The notes beneath the pieces are model-generated. The model saw only the letters and a list, made by a program, of their open reading frames with translations, was not told the origin of the DNA and did not search any database. Position numbers and translations under genes: made by a program. From positions 1-7,978 of the forward strand of contig PRDJ01000044.1 of NCBI GenBank assembly GCA_003345555.1: a stretch of 7,978 nucleotides of DNA, given 5' to 3'. The DNA comes from Candidatus Thorarchaeota archaeon. Its GTDB lineage: Archaea > Asgardarchaeota > Thorarchaeia > Thorarchaeales > Thorarchaeaceae. Below, piece by piece: positions 1 to 5,799 of the stretch (within the stretch, counting starts at the first letter, position 1; each line of letters opens with the position of its first letter).

Positions 1-89
1 ACGTGGACCATTGGCAAGAATCCGGCTTGTCATCATTAGTATACAGCAACATCATTAAGAATGATTGAGATGCAGTAGCCCTGATTGAC

Positions 90-1070
90 TTGGTGAAGAA
101 CGTCAGACTCTCTCTGGGAACGGCAATCCAGATTGGCCTGATAGAAGGAGAACCAGACCCGTTCTTCACGACAGCCTTCTTGATGACGTATCTAAAAGGA
201 AGATGCAGTGCCAATTGTGCCTTTTGCCCCCAGGCTCATGACAGCACATCTACATCAGACAGATTGTCGAGAATCTCATGGCCCAAGTTTGAGCTGCGAT
301 TGGTGCTGCCGAGAATAGCTGATGCAGATGGTTTTCGAAGACTGTGCGTCCAATCTCTAAACTATCCTGAGGCAGTTGACGACGTTGAGAGTGTAATCAT
401 CCAAATTCGACGGGTCAGCAACCTCCCACTCTCAGTCTGTATCCACCCTATCACCTCAGACGAGATGCATAGGCTTCGTCAAGCTGGCGCAACGAGCATC
501 GGCATAGCCATCGATGCGTGCACGCCACGTCTGTTCGACTTCGTCAAAGGCGCTGATCGAGGAAGTGCCTATCGATGGGAAGCTCATCTGCGTTCGCTGC
601 AAAGCGCTTTGAAGCTATTTGGGAAAGGAAACGTGACAACACATCTTATCATTGGTCTGGGCGAAACAGAGAGGGAGGCTGCCGAGTTCCTCCTGGAAAT
701 GAAAGGCAGGGCCATTTCTGTCGGACTGTTTGCATTCACGAGCATAAGAGGAACCAGCATGGAAGGAGTGAAGCCCCCTCAGCTCGCATCTTACAGACGC
801 CTGCAAGTACTCAGGTATTTGCTTGCCACAGACGAGATATGCAGAGACCAAGTTCGTATGTCGGAATCGGGTCAGATACAGTTGGCCTCGAGTCCCAACG
901 ATTTGCGAAAACTCTTATCTTCTGGTGAGGCTTTTCGGACATCGGGCTGCGTTGGATGCAACCGACCTTACTACAATGAGAGACCCAGAGGTCCCATTTA
1001 CAATTATGCGCGGCCTCTAACGGAACATGAAGCGATAGAAGCAATTGGCATCACGGGTCTGATGACGTAG
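90..1070 (+). CDS. lipS2: Radical SAM protein, LipS2-type subunit of the non-canonical (LipS1/LipS2) lipoyl synthase; biotin-synthase-like family
   Basis: CX3CX2C motif CSANCAFC (C39/C43/C46, nt 204-227). C-terminal TSGCVGCNRP (nt 939-968) matches the LipS2 signature TxGCPxC(N/D)RP recalled from Thermococcus kodakarensis LipS2, except P>V. It lacks the N-terminal CX4CX5C and C-terminal RSSY of classical LipA. The stop codon is 1 nt from a lipoate ligase gene. Start is TTG at 90 or GTG at 93. Confidence 0.85.
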   Translation: MVKNVRLSLGTAIQIGLIEGEPDPFFTTAFLMTYLKGRCSANCAFCPQAHDSTSTSDRLSRISWPKFELRLVLPRIADADGFRRLCVQSLNYPEAVDDVESVIIQIRRVSNLPLSVCIHPITSDEMHRLRQAGATSIGIAIDACTPRLFDFVKGADRGSAYRWEAHLRSLQSALKLFGKGNVTTHLIIGLGETEREAAEFLLEMKGRAISVGLFAFTSIRGTSMEGVKPPQLASYRRLQVLRYLLATDEICRDQVRMSESGQIQLASSPNDLRKLLSSGEAFRTSGCVGCNRPYYNERPRGPIYNYARPLTEHEAIEAIGITGLMT

Positions 1071-1071
1071 A

Positions 1072-1881
1072 ATGGAGAAGCTCAGATTCCTAGACCTCGA
1101 GACTCATACTGCGGCCGAGAATATGGCCATTGATGAGGCAATCATGAAATCCCTCGAGATGAAAGAAGCGCCAGCGACGTTCAGACTCTATCGATGGAAA
1201 CCATCGGCAGTATCTATAGGCACGTTTCAGGCTCTGAGGACTGATGGTAATCTGGATTTCTGCTTTCTCCAGTCAGTCAGAACCGAGGTCGACTTGAGTT
1301 TCTGCAGGACCCATGGCATAGATATCGTTCGGAGACTGACAGGCGGTTCCGCAGTGTATCATAGTACTGAAGGAGATGTCACGTACAGCATCATCTTGCC
1401 CAAACAACACAGACTCGCTCCCCTAGATATCGAGGAATCCTACAGAATCATATGTGGAGGAATTGTCAGCGGCCTGAAGCATCTTGACATAAATGCAGTC
1501 ATCAAACATGCAAATGATGTTCACGTGCACGATAAGAAAATCTCAGGGAGCGCTCAGACCCGAAGACACGGTTGTGTGCTGCAACACGGATCCGTTATGT
1601 TGGATCTCGACATGCTGATGGTGTTCTCCATCCTGAGAATGACGGCCGGGAGCGTCTCAGCCAAGACGACGCAGGAGGTTCAGGAGAGAATGACCTCGGT
1701 CTGCGAGTTGCTAGGACGAAGAGTCGGATTCAACGAGCTAAGAGATGCATTGGTGGCCGGCTTTTCAGAAGCCTTAGGAATCGACCTGGTCCCGGGTCAC
1801 TTAACTCCTCGCGAGAAGAGTGGTGCAGCGCAGCTCGCGGCCAGCAAGTACGAGACGGAATCTTGGAACTTCCTTAGATAG
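1072..1881 (+). CDS. lplA: Lipoate/octanoate:protein ligase catalytic domain (BPL/LplA/LipB family; LplA N-domain or LipM-like), with no C-terminal LplB domain
   Basis: Family motifs NMAIDEA, RLYRWKPSAVSIG, RRLTGGSAVYH (canonical RRxxGGGAVYHD), KKISGSAQ (catalytic Lys156) and LQHGS. At 269 aa ending WNFLR, it covers the catalytic domain only. Confidence 0.9.
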   Translation: MEKLRFLDLETHTAAENMAIDEAIMKSLEMKEAPATFRLYRWKPSAVSIGTFQALRTDGNLDFCFLQSVRTEVDLSFCRTHGIDIVRRLTGGSAVYHSTEGDVTYSIILPKQHRLAPLDIEESYRIICGGIVSGLKHLDINAVIKHANDVHVHDKKISGSAQTRRHGCVLQHGSVMLDLDMLMVFSILRMTAGSVSAKTTQEVQERMTSVCELLGRRVGFNELRDALVAGFSEALGIDLVPGHLTPREKSGAAQLAASKYETESWNFLR

Positions 1882-1946
1882 CGAGAGAGAGCACTACCGA
1901 AACGAATAACATCAGGCATCCCATCGTGGCTTCGACGTGTCCTGAC

Positions 1947-2816
1947 ATGAAGCTTGTAAGACTCAACGAAGGAGCAAGGACCGCAGCGGGCTGTGTGAGC
2001 GGTGAGGAAGTCCGAATCTATGACAGCCTTGGCGAAGACCCGTTCGCCGACTACATTCGCCAAAAGAATCCTGACAAGACACCCCTTGCAGACTTCTTTA
2101 GGTCTCTCATAGAAGACAGGAAGCCTCGCGTTTACAGGCTGGACTGGGTCCGGGATCGGCTTATCATGCCAATGGTTCCTGGAGAGGTCTGGGCTGCAGG
2201 GGTGACCTACCAGAGGAGCGTTGAGGCGAGAGAGGATGAGACCAAGGCTAAGGGGATATATGACCGAGTCTACGGGGCAGAAAGACCGGAAGTGCTTTTC
2301 AAAGGTCTTGGCTACAGAACGGTCGGTCCAAACGATGTAATCTGCATCAGAAGCGATTCAAAGTGGGATGTACCGGAGCCCGAGTTCACGCTTGTCTACG
2401 GCGAGAGGAAAATCGCGGCATACACAATAGGGAACGATGTGAGTTCGAGGGACATAGAAGGAGCGAATCCGCTTTATCTGCCTCAGGCGAAAGTATGGCA
2501 GAACTCGTGCTCAATAGGTCCGTACCTTGTGACGCCAGATGAAATCAAGAACCCCAAGAACGTAGGAATAAGGCTGAAGATATTCAGAGCACGGGAAGCA
2601 GTCTTTGCGGGCGAGACCAGTACCTCGAACATGAAGAGGGAATTCGACGAGCTTTCAAGATTCCTCTTCAGAGACAATCCTGTGCCGAGAGGCTCTATTA
2701 TGCTCACGGGCGTGGGTATCGTGCCTCCAGACAACTTCACACTTCAGGATGGAGATATTGTTGAGATCTCCATGGACGGTCTAGGCACAATGAGGAACTA
2801 TGTGAAGAAACTCTGA
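1947..2816 (+). CDS. kdaD: Fumarylacetoacetate hydrolase family protein, 2-keto-3-deoxy-D-arabinonate/xylonate dehydratase (KdaD/XylX/XacE-like)
   Basis: Motifs EVWAAGVTY, IYDRVYGAERPEVLFKG, IRSDSKWDVPEPE, YTIGNDVSSRDIEGANPLYLPQAK and GSIMLTGVGIVP closely parallel the Sulfolobus KdaD sequence as recalled. The ATG at 1947 (MKLVRL, matching the KdaD-type N-terminus) is preferred over the GTG at 1926. Confidence 0.85.
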   Translation: MKLVRLNEGARTAAGCVSGEEVRIYDSLGEDPFADYIRQKNPDKTPLADFFRSLIEDRKPRVYRLDWVRDRLIMPMVPGEVWAAGVTYQRSVEAREDETKAKGIYDRVYGAERPEVLFKGLGYRTVGPNDVICIRSDSKWDVPEPEFTLVYGERKIAAYTIGNDVSSRDIEGANPLYLPQAKVWQNSCSIGPYLVTPDEIKNPKNVGIRLKIFRAREAVFAGETSTSNMKREFDELSRFLFRDNPVPRGSIMLTGVGIVPPDNFTLQDGDIVEISMDGLGTMRNYVKKL

Positions 2817-2856
2817 GGATACGGATGGTTAGAATGTTTAGCTATATCACAGCGGC

Positions 2857-3384
2857 CTAGAACTGCTTGAATGTCAGGCATAGTCGGTCTCTGTTGCCGT
2901 CTCGATGGTTTTCCATGACCAGCTCGGAACTGGGCATAACCAACTCGAATTTCCCTTCCTCACCGAGATATACCCGCTGAGCCCTGAGTACTTGAGGGTC
3001 ATAGGATTCCTCTTCTTCCGAAGGCTGAGTGAGATAGTAAACCTTGTCACTTGTGCCCTTCAGATTCCAGATAGTGCGGATAATATCCTTGACGAAATCT
3101 TCGTCTTCGGGTGGGACGAGCACTGAGATGAACGTCTTTGTAATGTCCTTGGCAAAGGGGTTTATGTTTGTGACGTCGCCGAGCCACACTCTGTCCATGA
3201 GCAGAGATGCTCCTCTTACCAGATCTGTCTGATCAATCTGAACCTGGATGTCGATGAACTCCTGAAATCCCCCGGGCTTGAATATGATTGTGAGAACCCC
3301 GGCGCTGGATGGCGCTGACCTCGATTGCTCGGATAGGCGAAAGAACGTGAATAGATCGCTACGCCGTAGGCTGCCATAGTCCAT
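2857..3384 (-). CDS. Hypothetical soluble alpha/beta protein (175 aa)
   Basis: ATG-started ORF filling the gap after kdaD without overlap, with globular composition and no transmembrane segment. No family recognised. Confidence 0.7.
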   Translation of the reverse strand: MDYGSLRRSDLFTFFRLSEQSRSAPSSAGVLTIIFKPGGFQEFIDIQVQIDQTDLVRGASLLMDRVWLGDVTNINPFAKDITKTFISVLVPPEDEDFVKDIIRTIWNLKGTSDKVYYLTQPSEEEESYDPQVLRAQRVYLGEEGKFELVMPSSELVMENHRDGNRDRLCLTFKQF

Positions 3385-3750
3385 GAAACTGCGCCTCGCA
3401 CTCGTTTTCGCTCAAAGTTGTCTGCGTCCGACTTGGGAAAGGTCTGTGAGTATTTGTCCCGTTTGAATTCTGAGAGCACAGTGCCTCTTATGGTGCTCGC
3501 TATGGTTGTTGATTGCGACTGTTATCCTTAAGCCTACTATTGTCAATTATGAGGACGAATAGCTTCGTCAAGCCTCAGGAGACTTTCTGAACAGAAGATC
3601 CTCCTGACATTGTTGCTCGACGAGGGCATGCGCCGTTGAGATTCGTGTTTGCTCTGAATACGATTTCTCTCATCTTTCCAGAAATGATCCCCGATGGAAC
3701 ACTCCGCAACCGGGCTGTGGGGCCGAAAATACGTCTGCATTCAAGTATGG

Positions 3751-3766
3751 AAAAGAGAGATATAAT
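3751..3766 (+). promoter_or_regulatory. Putative archaeal BRE/TATA promoter
   Basis: Purine-rich AAAAGAGAGA (3751-3760) directly followed by TATAAT (3761-3766), 34 nt before the ATG at 3795. Confidence 0.5.
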
Positions 3767-3794
3767 GCGGCATACTGCATTCTTGCCGATACAT

Positions 3795-4277
3795 ATGTCA
3801 GAAGACCAACACTTGGATGACAAGAAGATACAGAAGATCAGAGCCGACATTGAGCAGTTCAAGTCCGAACTTAAGAAAGCAGAGGCAGACCTCAGTAGTA
3901 CTGGACCGCAGGTGACCGCCGAGATGGAGCGCTACAAAGCGGCCGCGAAAGCCAAGAGAGACGCAGCAGACTCGATTAGAGCGAAGCAGGCTCAGGCTGA
4001 AAAGGAATGGCACGACGCTGACCGGCTTTATCGCCAGGTAGAAGGCACGAAAGGCAAGGAGCTCGATTCTACCAAGAAACGAGTGGAGCAGCTGAGATCC
4101 CGTATACGAGACGCTGAAAAGGCTCGTCAGAATCGGATTGCTGAGATTGAGAAGGAAAAGCTCAAGTTAGTTGAGAAGGCCAAGAAGGAAAAAGCGAAGG
4201 AGATGGATCGTCGAAAGACGGAAGAAGTCGCAAAGGTCGAGGACCAGACGAAGAAAGAAGTGGGTTTAAAGAGATAG
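3795..4277 (+). CDS. Highly charged all-helical (coiled-coil or single-alpha-helix) hypothetical protein, 160 aa
   Basis: K/E/A/R-rich with a single Pro. The start is reassigned from 3636 to the ATG at 3795 because the upstream 53 codons have non-protein-like composition and contain the TATA-like element. Confidence 0.8.
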   Translation: MSEDQHLDDKKIQKIRADIEQFKSELKKAEADLSSTGPQVTAEMERYKAAAKAKRDAADSIRAKQAQAEKEWHDADRLYRQVEGTKGKELDSTKKRVEQLRSRIRDAEKARQNRIAEIEKEKLKLVEKAKKEKAKEMDRRKTEEVAKVEDQTKKEVGLKR

Positions 4278-4401
4278 ACATAAGTTCTGATGGAATCTCA
4301 CGAATACTGAAGAATCCTTACCTGGGGCTTGGAAAGCTCTCGGAACCAAGAATGAATGTTTGCAGAATGTGGTATGTGGTGGTCGATTGAACGCCTATTT
4401 C

Positions 4402-5391
4402 ATGATAGTCTTACTCTCCATCGTTCTATTCTTTGTTGTCTGGGGCCTAGGCTGGCTGCTCGAACGACTATCACGCGCCCAGCTTGACACAACGCTCCAT
4501 CCGGGTTCTAGGGCCTGGTATTTCTTGGTGGGTCCCGGCGTAGCACTTCACGAGTCATCTCACGCTTTGGGTTGTGTTTTCACGAGGACGCCAATCGCTG
4601 AGTTCAAGCCCTTGAGTGTGCAAGTGATAGGCGACCAGGCATTTCTGGGTTACGTGAAATACGTGAACCCCAAGAGTTCTCTGAAGAGGGCAGTGATCAA
4701 CCTTGCTCCTGTCGCTGTCTCACTTGCTTTGCTAGTATTCTTCGCACTCGGCGCGACCTATCTTGTCCCCAGTTCTCCGGGTATTGGTGGAAAAGCATTG
4801 GATTTGCTTCAGGAGTTGATTGGCCTTAAATCCGACCCCGTCTTGCTTGCGAATACGCTCTATCCTGCGCTAGAGATAGGGGGTTTTGTCTATCTCTTTT
4901 TCTACACTCTCGCCGGTCTCACTGTTGTGAACCCGTTATTCTGGATCGTAGCATTTCTTGCAATGACGATCATGTTCAGCAACGCTCCCTCGGTCGTAGA
5001 CATTTCCAACGCCATGACCGGTCTCAAGGTCATTGTAGGATTCGATGTGTTTTGGTTGATTCTATCGATTCTGATGCCACAATCTGGTTGGCTCTTGTAT
5101 GGAGTGTTCGAGTTCCTTGCCGTCATGTTTGGACTAGCGTTTGCGTTTGCGGGCGTAGCATACGGATTGTTCTTCATGATAACAGCGATGGCAAGGCTGC
5201 GCACGCCTGTCAACATAGTCCCATTCATTGCATGCATCTTGACTGGCGCCCTGTTATGGTATAGAGGCTACGTTGACCCCACATTCCTTGCAGTAGTATC
5301 ACCGGCCATGCAGACTGTAATCTCTGTATTAGTGTTAGCTATCCTAGCGGTACTTCTCTTGCTGGTTCCCTCCTTCAGAGCACGGAAGTAA
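4402..5391 (+). CDS. Polytopic membrane zinc metalloprotease, M50/site-2-protease-like (M50B-like/zincin-like)
   Basis: GPGVALHESSHALG contains HExxH (nt 4549-4563) next to a hydrophobic segment, followed by GYV and NLAP motifs and APSVVD (Asp at nt 4999-5001, candidate third Zn ligand). Many hydrophobic transmembrane-like segments. The ATG at 4402 is preferred over the TTG at 4360. Confidence 0.75.
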   Translation: MIVLLSIVLFFVVWGLGWLLERLSRAQLDTTLHPGSRAWYFLVGPGVALHESSHALGCVFTRTPIAEFKPLSVQVIGDQAFLGYVKYVNPKSSLKRAVINLAPVAVSLALLVFFALGATYLVPSSPGIGGKALDLLQELIGLKSDPVLLANTLYPALEIGGFVYLFFYTLAGLTVVNPLFWIVAFLAMTIMFSNAPSVVDISNAMTGLKVIVGFDVFWLILSILMPQSGWLLYGVFEFLAVMFGLAFAFAGVAYGLFFMITAMARLRTPVNIVPFIACILTGALLWYRGYVDPTFLAVVSPAMQTVISVLVLAILAVLLLLVPSFRARK

Positions 5392-5440
5392 TACCCGCCC
5401 TGATATTCTGTTTTGGCAGTGCCATACTCGGTTACCAGAT

Positions 5441-5788
5441 ATGGTGAAAATCGACCTTGTAAGGAGACCGACGCTCATCAGTCCGAAACATCTTCTGCGC
5501 TACCTGTTCTTTACAGAGGCACAAGTGGAGCAGGCCTCGAGGATTCTCAATGAGATCGTCCAAGCAGACGGAGTCGTTCCGGACAATGAATGGGGAAAGT
5601 TCGTCCTTTCAAGCCGGGGTCTTTATGTCAAGGTGATGAGGAAACTCCGTGATGCAGGCATCGTGGAGAAGCGGATGGGCGAGTACCGAATCACGAAAGA
5701 TTTCTCTGGCTCTCTTGAGAAAATGGCAAAGTACTGGTCTGAAGTAGTCGATTCGTTTGGCGACGGTGACCGGGCAATCGCGTTCTAA
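5441..5788 (+). CDS. Small winged-helix (wHTH) domain protein, 115 aa
   Basis: GLYVKVMRKLRDAGIVEKRMGEYRIT has the recognition-helix plus beta-hairpin wing pattern typical of wHTH domains. ATG start and clean spacing with neighbours. Confidence 0.7.
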   Translation: MVKIDLVRRPTLISPKHLLRYLFFTEAQVEQASRILNEIVQADGVVPDNEWGKFVLSSRGLYVKVMRKLRDAGIVEKRMGEYRITKDFSGSLEKMAKYWSEVVDSFGDGDRAIAF

Positions 5789-5799
5789 GGCATTGCTCT

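Noticed and set aside
3-68. Open + frame at the left edge (VDHWQESGLSSLVYSNIIKND*) as the tail of an upstream gene such as lipS1 or lplB
   Set aside because: Only 21 codons with no recognisable motif; it cannot be distinguished from chance without the upstream sequence.
575-1044. Alternative-frame and antisense ORFs inside lipS2 (575-928, 615-851, 811-1044, 823-1020)
   Set aside because: Fully overlap a well-supported gene and have no motifs.
90-1070. Annotation as biotin synthase BioB or classical LipA
   Set aside because: LipA-specific motifs are absent, while the C-terminal TxGCxxCNRP motif and the adjacent lipoate ligase point to LipS2.
1572-2740. ORFs 1572-1877, 1797-2063 and 2483-2740
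   Set aside because: Shadow ORFs of the ligase and kdaD genes.
3383-3562. Possible selenoprotein: + strand ATG at 3383 read through an in-frame TGA, with the 3550 hairpin as a SECIS element
   Set aside because: The peptide resembles no selenoprotein family and has no redox motif, and the hairpin lacks a convincing SECIS core geometry.
3549-3607. Canonical box C/D guide sRNA
   Set aside because: The C-to-D' spacer is about 31 nt and the C'-to-D spacer about 5 nt, unlike the roughly 12 nt archaeal guides, and the C' box is poor. Kept only as a generic structured-RNA candidate.
3636-3794. N-terminal 53-codon extension of the helical protein, and antisense ORFs 3543-3740, 3575-3862 and 3798-4013
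   Set aside because: Composition is unlike the rest of the protein, a TATA-like element lies inside it, and the antisense ORFs have no support.
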